Of a stretch of DNA of 64,000 nt, positions 12,019-25,503 are shown in pieces (position 1 is the stretch's first letter; each line of letters opens with the position of its first letter). A program made the translations under genes and the position numbers. Location of the stretch: contig NC_086097.1 in the NCBI RefSeq assembly GCF_963921235.1, positions 46,874,001-46,938,000 of the forward strand, written 5' to 3'. Below the pieces are notes generated by a model. That model was not told where the DNA came from. It saw only the letters and a program-made list of their open reading frames with translations, and did no database searches. Source of the stretch: Mobula hypostoma (taxonomy: Eukaryota).

Positions 12019-15000
12019 TCCTTTCCAATATTTTTATTATTAATTTTACATATAAGAATACAGAGTACAAGAAAAAAAGTATATCAATACATTATACTAA
12101 ATCGCATACAGGTTTCCCCCGCCATCTGAAGGTACAGCGTTCCTATGAAATAGTTCGTAAGCCGAAATGTCGTAAAGCAAAGAAGCAATTACCATTTATT
12201 TATATGGGAAAATTTTGTGAGCGTTCGCAGACCCAAAAATAACCTACCAAATCATGCCAAATAACACATAAAACCTAAAATAACAGTAACATATAGTAAA
12301 AGCAGGAATGATATGATAAATACACAGCCTATATAAAGTAGAAATACTTCTCTACAACGATTGTCTGCACAGATTCTCCATAGCGAAAATCTCACGCAAG
12401 CGCTCTCGGCAGAAAATCTCACGCAAGCACTGTTGGCATAAACGTGCTCTCCAGTAACCTTTAAACTATGAAGCTGCCACATCTACCAAATAACACGTAA
12501 AAATACACAGCCTATATAAAGTAGAAATAATGCATGTACAGTGTAGTATCACTTATCGGAATTGGGAAAACAGCGCTGAGCACACTGATGATAGTGTGTT
12601 AGACTGAGTCGTCACAGGCTGGGTGGTGCAGTGGCCCCCACCCTCTGGGCCGCCGACCCGATACATTGCCGCGAAGAATGCAGCGGTAGCTGGGAGGCAC
12701 CCAACACATCTTTAAGAAAAAAGCCAAAATAAATATTCTAATTAATTAGCAGCTGCCCAGCACATAATTGTTGGCCCAGATCAGTGCTCATTGCCGATTG
12801 TATTGCCTCTGTTCTGGGCCGACAATTACGTGTCGGCAGCACCTAATTAATTAGCATGTTTATTTCGGCTTTTTTCTTAAAGATGTTCTGTGTGCCTTCC
12901 AGTTACTGCTGCATTCTCCGTGAATCGATACAGTATCTGTCTGGGGCCCGGGTGTTGGGGTGGTGGGACACGGGGGTGTCATCTCATCGTCGATCGGGGC
13001 AGGCAGCTCATCTTCTCCTATGACTGCCTGCCTCGATGTCGAAGGTCAAGGTTTGTCGTCTGCTGTGGCTGATGTGGAAGGCTTGCTTGACTGCTGAGCC
13101 TCGCGCATTTTTTTTATCATACAGTTGTTTGTAAGCACTCAAACCATCCTGCAAATATCCCCTAAACCTACGTACCCTTTCAAAATTAAAGTCGTACTTT
13201 ATTATTGCAGCAAAAATCTCACGCAGTTGCTTCACTTTCTGCATTTGGTTGCATTCGGTTTCGATTGTTATCCTTTCCTCTTCCAATTGCATCAGCTCCT
13301 CATCTATCAGTTCTTGGTCATGGGATGCCAAAACCTCTTCAACATCATCTTCGTCAACTTCCACAAGCCAAACTCACTTTGTCCTTGTTTCGTTCACCAC
13401 GATCGAAACGCTTAATTATGTCTAGTTTTACGCTAAGTGTAACACCCTTACTCTTTCAGGTTTTTCCGACACCTTAGAACTCATCTTGCCAACGGCTGCT
13501 CAATGCAACGTGTTAAAGCAAAGCCGTTCCGAATCTGGGGCACAGCGGCTGCTCAGGGCGCGCTGATTTTTTCGCGCGCTGCCTTTCTTCGTAACAGTGA
13601 AAACACCTTCTGAAAGTGAAAACAGCATATTAATGTAGGGCTTTCGTAACAGTGAGGTTTCGTAAAGTGAACGTTCAAAAAGCGGGGGACACCTGTATAA
13701 AGACTCCTTACCCTATATTCATAAAGATTAATTCGTAACATTGAAATATAGTATGTTTATTATATAAAAAATCTAACCCACTACCAAGACCGAAGCTGAT
13801 TAATAAAGAAAAAAAGGAAAAAAAATTATTAGTCATCATCTGTGCTTTAACAGCAAATAAGTTTTGAAAATAATTCAAAAAAGGTCCCCACAACATTAGA
13901 AAGTCTTGACTAGGCTCAGAGATTGAACATCGAATCTTCTCTAAATTTAAACATGACATCACATCACGTAACCATTGAGCGTGAATAAGAGGGGCCGCAT
14001 CTTTCCATTTAAGCAAGAGCGTCCTTCTGGCCATAAGAGACATAAAAGCCAAAATGTGCAAGTCAGATGACTCCAAAATAATATCCTTTCCTCCAACAAA
14101 ACCAAATAAAGCGGTCAAAGGATCAGGCTTGACGTTTACTTTGAAAAGTATCGAGAAAGTTTGAAGTACTTCTTTCCAATATTTTCCAAGACTCGGGTAT
14201 GTCCAAAACATATGAATGAGTGAAGCTTCTCGATTACTACATTCATCACAATACGGAGATATATCTAAATAAAAACAAGACAACTTATCCTTGGTCATAT
14301 GGGCCCTATGGACCACTTTAAATTGTAGGAGAGAGTGGGGGGCACATAACGAAGTGTTAATCAATTTAAAAATTTGATTCCAAGTTTCCTCGGAAATTGA
14401 AGTCTATAAATATTGTTCCCAAAGACTTTTAATTTTATCTGAAGGAACATTTCTCATTCCCAACAGCATATTATAAATATTAGATATAGATCCATTATAA
14501 AAAGGTTTCAAATTAAAAATTACATCTATTAGAAGTTCTTATCAGGACTTTTAGGAAATGTACTTATTTGAGACCGTAAAGATCTCTTATTTGTAGGTAT
14601 CGAAAAAAATGAGTTTTGGGTAAACTATATTTAGTTGTCAGTTGTTCAAACGAAAAGAGACTTCCCTCTATAAACAAGTCCTGAAAGCACTTAATACCTA
14701 ATCTATCCCATTCTTTAAAAGCCGCATCAATCATAGAGGGTTTTTAAAAAATTAGAAAAAATGGGACTGGAAAGAGAAAATCTCAATAAGCCAAAGTATT
14801 TTTGGAATTGTATCCAAATTCTCATAGTGTGTTTAACTACCAGATTATCAGTTAACTTGCTCAGAGACAAAGGAAGTGAGGATCCAAGAAGAGAAATAAT
14901 AGAAAATTTATTAACAGAGTTAGCTTCTTAAAAAACCCACATCGGGCAATCCTCACGATTAATATTATATAACCAAAATGTAAGATTTCTTATATTAACT

Positions 15001-17070
15001 GCCCAATAATAAAATCTAAAGTTTGGTAAAGCTAATCCTCCATTCTTTTTATCTTTCTGAAGATGAATTTTATTTAATCTAGAACGCTTGTTCTTCCATA
15101 TATAAGAAGATATAATAGAGTCAAGAGAATCAAAGAAATATTTAGGAATAAAAATAGGCAATGCCTGAAAAAGATGTATAAATTTAGGTAATATATTCAT
15201 TTTAATAGTTTACTCGGCCAATCAGTGATAACGAAAGAGGCAACCAATTTGATAGCATCCTTTTTACGTGATTCAATAGGGTAAGAAAATTTTCTTTAAA
15301 TAGACGCTTATAGTTACACCTAAGTAGGTAAATTGGTTTCTTACACTTTTAAAAGGAAGGTTAGAATTTGTTGGTATCAAATTATTCAAAGGAAAAAGTT
15401 CACTTTTATGTAGGTTTAATTTATAACCCGAGAATTGGCTAAAACAGGAGAGTAAAGAAAGCACCTGGGGTAACAAAATCTCAACATTAGAAATAAATAG
15501 CAGCAGATCATCAGCGTACAGCGAGAGTTTGTGAATAGTGTCTCTCCTTAAGATACCGGTGATATCATTAGATTCTCGAAAGGCTAAAGGTTCTAAGGCC
15601 AGATCAAAAAGCAAAGGGCTCAATGGACAGCCTTGTCCAGTGCCATGGTGAAGCTTAAATAGCTTGGAATTATGAAAATTAGTGATAACCCTAGTGGAAG
15701 GAGCTAAATAAAGTAATTTAATCCACTGAATGAAAACAGGTCCAAAATTGAATTTTTCTAAAGTTTTAAATAAATAATTCCATTCAACTCTGTTGAAAGC
15801 TTTCTCAGCATCCACGGATACCACACATTCCGATATCATGTTAGAAGGAGAATAAATAACATTTAATAATCGACAAATATTAAGGTGAGAATATCGATTT
15901 TTGATAAATCCAGTTTGGTTATCGGAAATGACAGATGGTAAAATATTTTCAGTCCTCTGGGCCAAAACTTTAGATAGGATCTTAGTATCAACATTAAGTA
16001 AAGAAATTGGTCTATAAGAAGACATTCAGTTGGATCCTTATTCTTTTTAAGGATAAGCGAAATGGAAGCCTCATAAAAAGATTGAGGGAGTCTGCCCAAC
16101 TTGAATGAATCCGAAAAAACTGAACATAAGTGAGGTATAAGCAGTGAGGAAAAGATCTTGTAAAACTCTCCAGAAAATCCATCTGGACCCAGAGCTTTCC
16201 TCAAATGTAATGAGTGCACAGCCTCAACAATTTCCTCAGAAGAAATAGGTTGTTCCAACAACTTTCTGTTGTCAGCAGAAATTGTAGGAATGTTTAGTTG
16301 GTCTAAAAAAATGTTCATTACAGTGTTATCCTTAGAAGATTCAGAACCATAGAGTTTAGAATAAAATGCTCTAAAAGTATCATTTATTTCTAAATAATCA
16401 GTTGTCCTATCACCATTAGCTTTGCACATTTTTATAATCTGCTGTTTAGCTATAAAGGTTTTAATTTGATCAGCCAATAATTTACCTGTTTTATCTCCAT
16501 GAACATAAAATTGACTTTTATCTTTTAGGAGTTGGGTTTCAATTGGATAGGTTAAAAGGAGATCATATTTAGTTTTAGTTTCAACACGTCTTTTATATAA
16601 GGCAGGTTCTGGAGCCAAGGCATACTCTTGGTCTAATTGTTTCAGCTGATTAGCTAAATCACTTCTCTCTTTATTAGCTTTTCTCTTAAATACTTGCAGT
16701 ATAAGAAACAACTTGTCCTCTAATATACATCTTAAAGGCATCCCATCTGATAAAACTAGAAGTCTCCTTTAATGTACTCCCTTCAAAAAAAGAGTAATTT
16801 GTCTCTCCATAAACTTTAAAAAATCTTTATCAGATAACAAAGTTAAATTAAATCGCCAAAACCTATTTGTTTGAAGAAGACCAGGGAGATTTAAAGATAG
16901 GAGCACAGGAGTGTGATGTGAGACAGCAATCTCTTTTTATTCACAGGATCGAACTGATAGAATCATTTGGCTATCAATAAAAAAATAATCAATCCTGGAA
17001 TATGTATGATGGACATGAGAGAAAAACCAATATTCCATGTCTACTGAATGAGAAAAACGCCAATCATCAA
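12019..17070 (-). mobile_element. 5'-truncated L1-clade LINE (ORF2 pseudogene), interrupted in its 3' UTR by a Tigger derivative
   Basis: 11-bp TSD TGAATATTTTA (12008-12018, 17071-17081). Motifs YSRIDYF, KALGPDGFSGEFYK, YRPISLLNVDTKIL, QGCPLSPLLF, LYADD and C-terminal CDEC..LIHMFW; several frameshifts. Confidence 0.92.
12109..13695 (-). mobile_element. Internally deleted Tigger/pogo-like DNA transposon
   Basis: TA-flanked TIRs CAGGTTTCCCCCGC / GCGGGGGACACCTG; acidic transposase C-terminal remnant EVDEDDVEEVLASHDQELIDEELMQLEEE. Same end sequence as 38100-38359. Confidence 0.88.
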
Positions 17071-17409
17071 TGAATATTTTACTCCTCACTTAATTAACAT
17101 ACAGATTACTTATTTCTTTGCAAGATTATCAAACAGATTATTTTATAACATACAAAAAATGAGTTTCAAAACTGTCAATTGAATCAAATATTTTAACTTT
17201 ATTTATTTTATATTTTTGAAGACTCAATTTAAGTTGAAATGTTGAAGAAAAGGAAGTACGATGAAAACTATATATTAGATGGTTTTGAACAGCGGCTAAT
17301 CAGCAATCCAGAGCTTGAGAAGATGCAGCACAATCAGGTTTACAAAATGAGTACGTAAGGCATCAATCCATGAAAATTTGGTGTTTTGTGAAGCACAAAA
17401 TCAGCAAAC

Positions 17410-19665
17410 GGGATTGATTGGCAAGTATAAATTAATAAGGCAGGAGCACGCAGAGTGGCCATTGTTGAAGTGGACAGGTTAGAGTGGGATCTTGAGGCCT
17501 TAGCTTTTTTAAACTTCAGTGAGAGGAAGCTTGAGTAACAGAAGGTGAAAAAGCTATACGTAGATAATTTTCCTCCAGTTTATTTCATGTTCTTTATATT
17601 TGTACTGTTGGAACAATAGGGAGGCCAGGCAGGATAGTTGAATACTCCTCTTGCAGGATGTGGGAAGGGGAGGGAGACCTCTAGTGGCTCTGACAACTAC
17701 ACCTGCGAGAAATGCAACTAGCTGCAGCTTCTAACAATCCATATTAAGGAGTTACTGGATGAACTCCAGATCATTCGGGAAGCTGAGGGATGATAGATAG
17801 TTCATATAGAGAGGTGGTTACACCCTAGCTGGACACAGGAAACTGGGTGACAGTCAGGAAGGGGAAAGGGGTTAAACAGCCAGTGCAGAGTACCCGTGGC
17901 CATCCCCCTCAACACCAGATATACCACTTTGGATACTGTTGGGGGATAACCAAGCAGAGAAAAGTAAGAGTGGTTTGGTCTCTGGCACTGAGTCTGGCTC
18001 TGTGACTCAGAAAGAAGGGGAGAGAAGAAGTGAATGATAGGTAATATGTTAGTTAGGGGAACAGAAAGGAGGTTCTGTGAACGAAAACGCGATTTCTGGA
18101 TGGTATGTTGCTTCCCAGGTGCCAGGGTCTGGGACATCTTGGATCAAGACTTCAGCATTCTTAAGTGGGAGGGTGCACAGCCAGAGGTCGTGGTCCATGT
18201 AGATACCAATGACGAGATTCTGCAAAGTGAGTTAAGGGAGTTAGGTGCTAAATTAAAGGGCAGGACCTCCAGGGCTGTGATCTCAAGATTGCTACCCGTG
18301 GCGAAGGAGATAGCGTATGAAGGAAGGCTTCAAAAGTTTGAATTATTGGGCTCTCTTCCAGGGAAGGTGGGGCCTGTACAGAAGGGATGGTTTATACCTA
18401 ATAGAGCAGGAGGAAATAAAGGGAGAGAGGAGGCATTACTAGTCAGGGAAAATGTCACAGCAGTGCTCAGACTGGAGAGTTCATCTAATTAAGGCTTTAT
18501 TAGTAGAACTGAGGAATAAGAAAGGTATGACCACATTATTGGGATTATTTTATAGACCACCCAACAGTCCGTGTAATTTAGAGGAGCAAAATTATAGAGA
18601 GATTACAGACTGTTGCAAGAAACATAAGGTTGTGATTGTAGGTGATTCCAACTTTCCACATATAGACTGAGTCTCCCATACTGTAAAAAGGCTGGATGGA
18701 AAAGAGTTTGTTAAATGCGTTCAGAAAAGTATCCTTACACAGTACACAGAAGTCCTGACTGGAAAGAGTGCAATACTTGATCTCCTAGTAGAAATTGAGA
18801 CATGCAGGTGACAAAAGTTTGTGTAGTGGAACACTTTGCAACTCATGATCAAAATACCATTAGTTTCAAAGTAAATATGGAAAAACATAAATCTGGTCCA
18901 TCGGATGAGATTCTAAATTAGAAAAAGGCCAATTCTGATGGTTACAGAAATGATCCAGCAAGTATGGATTGGGACAGGCTGTTTTCTGGCAAAGGTGTGC
19001 TTGGTAAGTGGGAGGCCTTTAAAAGTGAAATTTTAAGAGTGCAAAGCTTGAATGTATGTGCCTATCAGAATAAAAGGTAAATACAACAGGTTTAGGGAAC
19101 CAATCACAAACAAGAGAAGATATGCAGATGCTGGAAGTCCTTTAGGGAACCTTACTTTTATATTGAGAGCCTGGTTAAGAAAAAAAGGAGCTGCGTATCA
19201 AGTATAGGTAGGTAGGAACAAATGAGGCACTTGAGGAGTATAAGAACTGCAAGAAAACACTTAAGAATGAAATCAGGGGGTCTAAAAGAAGGCATGAGGT
19301 TGCCCTAGCAGACAATATGAAGAGGAATCCTAAGGGTTCCCTTCTTAACAGATCTTAACAGATATGTTAAGAGCAAAAGGATTGCAAGGGACAGAATTGG
19401 TCCTCTAGAAGACCAGAGTGGTAATCTATGCTTGGAGCCAAAAATCATGGAAGAGATTTTAAACAGATATTTTGCATCTGTATTTTCTCAGACACAGAGT
19501 CAAGAGAAGTGAGGCAAAGCAGCAGTTACGTAGTGGACCCTATACAGATTACAGAGGAGGAGGCGCTTGTTGTCCTGAAGCAAATTAGGGTGCATAAATT
19601 GCCAGGGCCTGAAAAGGTGATCCCTTGGACCCTGTGGGAGGCAAGTGCAGAAGTTGCAGGGGCCC
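17410..19665 (+). mobile_element. CR1 LINE 5' portion: ORF1 (zinc finger + SGNH esterase-like) and ORF2 endonuclease; RT end missing
   Basis: IGNMLVRGTERRFC..CCFPGARV..VVVHVDTND; GLFYRPPNS..VVIVGDSNFPHID; KLPGPEK. Confidence 0.85.
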
Positions 19666-19793
19666 TAAGTATTCTTAATAAAAGAATTAAAGAAATAAAT
19701 GAATATCCGTTTTACAACCCCACCAACAACATGGATTTACAATAAAAATAGTCATGCAGAGAAAAGTTTCAGATTATTATTATGAATCTCCAA

Positions 19794-20680
19794 CAAGATG
19801 GCACCAGCAAACAACACAACCAATGGCGACATCCTGCTGACAGTTCACAAAACAACTTCTTTTACTATTTCTTTCAAATATGATTCTACTACTAAACCGT
19901 ATACAATTGGAATCCATGATTTACATTCTGATGGCGCATTTTGGGATCAATTGAGCAATCTGACGCCTTGCTGTCTCTGAGGGAGTCTGATGAGGATGGT
20001 AGCGGAGTGTGTGGCCTGGATGTCTGGCAGTCTGGAGATGGAGCACAAGCCGATGCTGGACTCCACTGCTTCTCTCCAATTGAGGCATCAAGGGCACGAG
20101 CCCATGATTGACTTCATTGTTACATTCCGATTGAGACATCAAGCAAGGTTGAAGTTGACAAGGATGAGAGCGGAGGATGGACGGGTGTTTGGCGTAGTCT
20201 GCCTGAGTTTGACTGATCTTTCTCACCCTCTCACTATGCAGTCGGAGGAAAGTTCAGAAGTTTCAGGATCCACATTGCCAGAATTGATCAGCGAGGCTGT
20301 TGACTTGTTTTGAGGGACTTCAAGGTTCATGGTGCATGTGTTCCTGGATTCTGGTTGCTTTGTTTTTGAGGGGTTTGAAAGGGGCAATTGATGAGGGCTG
20401 GGGTGCTCCAACAAAGAATGGTCCTGCAGCCTGCAATGGCTAGCGGCGCTGCGTTGAACTGAACAAAACTGAGTACTGCTGGTTCCATGTTTGATATTCT
20501 ATGTGCTGTTCCCTCTTTTCACTTGTTTTTTTTCACATGTTAGATGTTCTGATGTTTTCTTGAATGGGTTCCATGGCATTTCTGTGTTTCTTTGTTTCGT
20601 GGCTGCATACAGGAGGTCAAATCTCAGAATTGTATTCTGTATACGTACTTTGATATTAAACATATTTCGAATCTTTGAAC
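19794..20680 (+). mobile_element. Non-autonomous non-coding LINE-dependent element
   Basis: Starts CAAGATGGCACCA like the 5' end of the LINE at 4970; ends in a LINE-like tail (TTTGATATTAAAC..TTTGAA); no coding homology recognised. Confidence 0.5.
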
Positions 20681-21551
20681 ATGTACATGACAATCCGACC
20701 GATAAAGATACTCATTCAGAGTATAGGACTGAGGCACCTGGTTGATCGTTCAATAATCTCAAGTGTACAGTTGTTTTCACCAATTTGTCATGATGATTTG
20801 GAATATGGCATGTTGGGACAGCAGTAAAAACTTCAAAAATTATAGGAGATAAATGTAACACACCTTCCTCCCTCATCTGCTAAATTAGTATTTTGGCATT
20901 AGCATTGGGCATAAAGGACCTAAGCCCTTGTATGTCAAGTTGTTTCTATGAATACCTATTACTGAATTAATCTAGTCTTGGGTGTCTATTTTGGTGTAAA
21001 GGGGAAAAGAGTCTGTATCAGAGAGTGGACAGTTTTCAGCTCCTGGGACTTGTAACAGTATTTGCTTAATACAGAGTTTAAATAGATTTGCTTTCTTTAT
21101 ATTCTTTGTAGCTAATAAATTCAAACTTTTTGTCACCGACCTAAATATGTTTAGGCATAACGTTAATATTGTATAGTGAAATAATCACAGGCAAATTCAT
21201 TCAATATGTCAGATCAGATATAGTAACACATACAATGCTCAGCCCCTACTAATAATCTTCTATTAATCACTACCAAGAGCATGGAAAATTATATAAGAGG
21301 TAGCAACACACAAAATCAATCAGATCTTTTTTTCCCATAGTATCTATACTCTATAGAAACAAGTTTTAAAAGATATAGGCTTGAAAAGAAGAAATTATAC
21401 AGTCCATAAAGGCAGGGTACTGGAAAAAGGAATTGAGTGGAAAAATGGCGAAGATGATTCAACTATATTGGAAAATCCCACAGTGCTAATGATCAAGCTT
21501 TTTTTTTTGCTTCACTCTGCTTTCTACATGTGCTGCAAATATGAAAACATA

Positions 21552-22960
21552 TCAAGTTCAAGTGTATTGTCATCTGACTGCAAATATATACAACCACTCC
21601 TCTGAACAATGGTGCATTCAGAAAACATATCACACATAGTGTGTAAACCGAAATATTATCATAAACACGTCAATAAAATACAATTCATAATGCATGTAGT
21701 GAGCAGCCCAGGTGAGCTATAAACCTCCCAGTAAGTTCGCGGCGCACTCCGACATAGCAGCCTCTTGGGAGTCAACCAAAGGTGTTTTTTTTCCTGTGTT
21801 AAATGTGTTTTTTATAACCACAAGACAATTCTGGACTCCAAGTACTTTGGGTACCTCATCAGTGAGCTGCTTGTTGATCCGAATAGCTGAACAGGGTGTC
21901 AGAGGTGCCAACCGGCATGTCAGAGAAGGAGCCAACCCGTGTGTTGGAGCAGCCAGATTGGGTTCAGAGGAGCTGACCTGGCTGCAGACTGTGTTGCTTC
22001 CTGCTACTCAAAGGAATTGGAGTTGGTGCGTGAAATCAGCATGCAATGTAACCGTGGGTGATTGTCATGGACATTTCTCTTACAAGACCCTGTTGGACAT
22101 TGATAATGTAAGATACCAGAGGCCTGATTTCCTTTATCTGGTGATGCGACAGGTGGAGGGACAACTGTGTAGCCTCAGTTGTAGTGAGGACTAGGCCTCA
22201 AGCCATGGGGTTGTCTGCTGTTGCAGTCCAGGAGAGGAGACACCAGAGGCAGTGCAGCATGCTGTCCGTGCTCGGTTGAGGGCTGGTCTCTCCCACCAGT
22301 GCTGGCCTCCAGTGTTCGATTGATGGAATGACAGGCTGGATTGCTGGAAAGTGTACCCTCAATTTGTGGGACATGTCGCTCAAGATCTTGGGCTATATAT
22401 GTGTTTTACTGCGTGACTACATTTTCCACTCGCTAATTTGAATGTGTTGTGTATACTTTGCACCTTGGCCTCACAGGAACGCTGTTTCTTTCAGCTGTAT
22501 CCATGTATGGTTGAAAGATAATTAAACTTGATTTGATTTGAAACAGTAAACAGCTCGCTGCCCTAGTGACAAGACCTTGATGATGGCAGGGTATTCATTA
22601 ATCTCACAGCCTGAGGGATGAAGCTGTTAATCAATCTGGTAGTCCTGGTTCTGACTCAACAATGCTCCCAGAAAATGTCACAAATGGACGGGGGGGGAGA
22701 ACCTAATGATCCTCTCACGAGTTTCTACTATCCTCTGTAGGATTTTGCCATCTGATGCAGCTTCTGTAACATTCAATGATGCAGCCAGACAGGAAATTCT
22801 TGATAGTTCTCCTGTAGGAAGTTGTTAGAATGAGGGCAGGAGCCTTTCACAACTCAATCTCCTCAGAGAGTGTAGACCTACTGTGCCTTCTTAATTAATG
22901 TGTAAGTGTCCTGGGTCCAGGTTAGTCATTATGTGCACACATAGAAACTTTGTGCTCTTC
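21552..22960 (-). mobile_element. Degenerate Rex1/L2-like LINE 3' region hosting a nested element
   Basis: TCAAGTTCAAG tail at 21552; decayed C-terminal coding similarity at 22600-22960. Confidence 0.5.
21725..22540 (+). mobile_element. Non-autonomous element, family shared with 61690-62393
   Basis: Colinear blocks CCTGCTACTCAAA, GCATGCAATGTAACCGTG, ACATTGATAAT and tail TGTATCCATGTATGGT..AATTAAACTT in both copies. Confidence 0.65.
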
Positions 22961-24203
22961 ATACATGAGGAGTAAAAATCTTTACGTCATGTCTCTGTCT
23001 GAATGTGCAATGTGCAATTTATAGTAATTTGTAATAAATTGTATGTACAGTAAGATATACAACAGAACAGTCAATATAGCTTAGAAATACAATTGTCTCA
23101 GCGTGAATTAAGCAGTCTGATGGCCTGGTGGAAGAAGCTGTCCCAGAGGCTGTCGGTCCTGGCTTTTATACTGTGCTACCATTTCCCGGTTGGTAGCAGC
23201 TGGAACGGTTTGTGGTTGGGATGACTCGGGTCCTTTTTACACACCCATCTTTGCAAATGTCCTGAATAGTGGGAAGTTCACATCCACAGATCCGCTGGGC
23301 TGTCCGCACCACTCTCTGCAGAGTCCTGCGATTGAGGGAAGTACATTCCCATACCAGGCAGTGATACAGCCAGTCAGGATGCTCTCAATTGTGCCCCTGT
23401 AAAAAGTCCTTAGGATTTGGGGACTCACACCAAATTTCTTCAACAATCTGTAGTGAAAGAGGTGCTGTTGTGCTTTTTTCACCACACAGCCAGTATGTAC
23501 AGACCAAGTGAGATCTTCGGTGACGTGTATACTGTGGAACTTGAAACTGTTCACCCTCTCAACCCCAATCAACTGATGCCAATAGGAGTGAGCCTGTCTC
23601 CGTTCCTCCTGTAGTCCACAACTAGCTCCTTTGTTTTTGCAACATTGAGGGACAGGTTGTTTTCTTGACACCACAGTGTCAGGGTGATGACTTCTCTGTA
23701 GGCTGCCTCGTTATTATTTCAGATAAGGCCAATCAATACAGTATCATCTGCAAATTTATTTAGCAGATTGGAGATTAGGTGGCAGCACAGTCATGGGTAT
23801 ACAGAGAGTAAAGGGGGGGGGTTAGTACACAGCCCTGGGGGCTCCTATGGTGAGGGTCAAAGGAGTAGAGGTGAGACAACCCACTCTTACCACCTGCCGG
23901 CGACCTGACATGAAGTCCAGGATCCAGCTGCACAAGGCAGGGTGAAGGCCGAGGTCCCTGAGCTTCTTGTCAGGCCTGGAGGGAATTATGGTGTTGAATG
24001 CTGAACTGTAGTCCAAGAACAGCATTCTCACATAAGCATCACTCCTCTCCAGATGTGTAAGGACGGTGTGTGGAACTGCGGCTATTGTGTCATCTGTCGA
24101 TCGGTTGTGTTGGTAGGCGAATTGTAGGGGGTCCAGTGTGGGTGGTAGCAAGCTGCAGATGTAGTCCTTGACCAGCCTCTCGAAGCATTTGCTTATTATT
24201 AAG
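22960..24203 (-). mobile_element. 5'-truncated Rex1/Babar-like LINE (RT 3' half)
   Basis: LDPLQFAYQHNRSTDD, RMLFLDYSSAFNTIIP, KFADD, FYRGTIESILTGCITAWYG. Confidence 0.85.
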
Positions 24204-24483
24204 TTATGCAGACAATAATTTTCTGTCCATTCCCAGCCATTTATAACTAGGTTAAAATTAAAATGGATTCAATAGTTCCATAGTATAATTACTATACTAA
24301 CTTTCCTCAGCAGCAATATACAGTATTACCTTACCAACTCACTCAATTTGTTGATTGGAGGATCAGCTGTTTTCAATGAATTTGTAAGACTAAATAATCC
24401 CCTCTCTGTAAGATCCAACAGTATGGTAGATTTTCAACAGACCACCTAAAGGCAAAAGAGCATTAAAGACAAGATTAGGAAAT

Positions 24484-25503
24484 AGAAACATAGAAAACCT
24501 ACAGCATAATACAGACCCTTCAGCCCACAAAGTTGTGCCAAACGTGTCTCTACCTTAGAAATTACTAGGCTTACCCATAGCCCTCTATCTTTCTAAGCTC
24601 CATGTACCTATCCGCCTCCACCACTGTTGCCAGAAGCCCATTCCATGCACTCACCACTCTCTGAGTATAAAACTTACCCCTGACATCTCCTCTGTACCTA
24701 CTCCCCAGCACCTTAAACCTGTGTCCTCTTGTGGCTACCATTTCAGCCCTGGGAAAAAGCCTCTGACTATCCACACGATCAATGCCTCTCATCATCTTAT
24801 ACAAGTCTATCAGGTCACCTCTCATCCTCCGTCGCTCCAAGGAGAAAAGGCCAAGTTCACTCAACCTGTTTTCATAAGGCATGCGCCCCAATCCAAGCAA
24901 CATCCTTGTAAATCTCCTCTGCACCCTTTCTATGGCTTCCACATCTTTCCTGGAGTGAGGCGACCAGAACTGAGCATAGTACTCCAAGTGGGGTCTGACC
25001 AGGGTCCTATATAGCTGCAACATTACCTTTCGACTCCTAAATTCAATTCCACGATTAATGAAGGCCAAAACACCGTATGCCTTCTTAACCACAGAGTCAA
25101 CCTGCGCAGCTACTTTGAGCGTCCTACGGACTCGGACCCCAAGATCCCTGATCCTTCACACTGCCAAGAGTCTTAACATTAATACTATATTCTGCCATCA
25201 TATTTGACCTACCAAAATGAACCTCTTCACACTTATCTGGGTTGAACTCCATCTGCCACTTCTCAGCCCAGTTTTGCATCCTATCAATGTCTCACTGTAA
25301 CCTCTGACAGCCCTCCACACTATCCACAACACCTCCAACCTTTGTGTCATCAGCAAACTGACTAACCCATCCCTCCACTTCCTCATCCAGGTCATTTATA
25401 AAAATCATGAAGGGTCCCAGAACAGATCCCTGAGGCACACCACTGGTCACCGACCTCCATGCAGAATATGACCCATCTACAACCACTTTTTGCCTTCTGT
25501 GGG
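24484..25503 (-). mobile_element. 5'-truncated CR1 LINE
   Basis: [41 protein letters not shown]-type tail. Confidence 0.9.

Larger units (their letters stand above)
11291..17380 (+). mobile_element. Internally deleted hAT (Charlie-like) element split by L1 insertion (pieces 11291-12018 and 17071-~17380)
   Basis: Terminal CAAGGGTTCTTAACCT resembles Charlie-type TIRs; MLKKRKYDENY at about 17239 resembles a Charlie/ZBED5-type transposase N-terminus. Right TIR not found. Confidence 0.5.
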
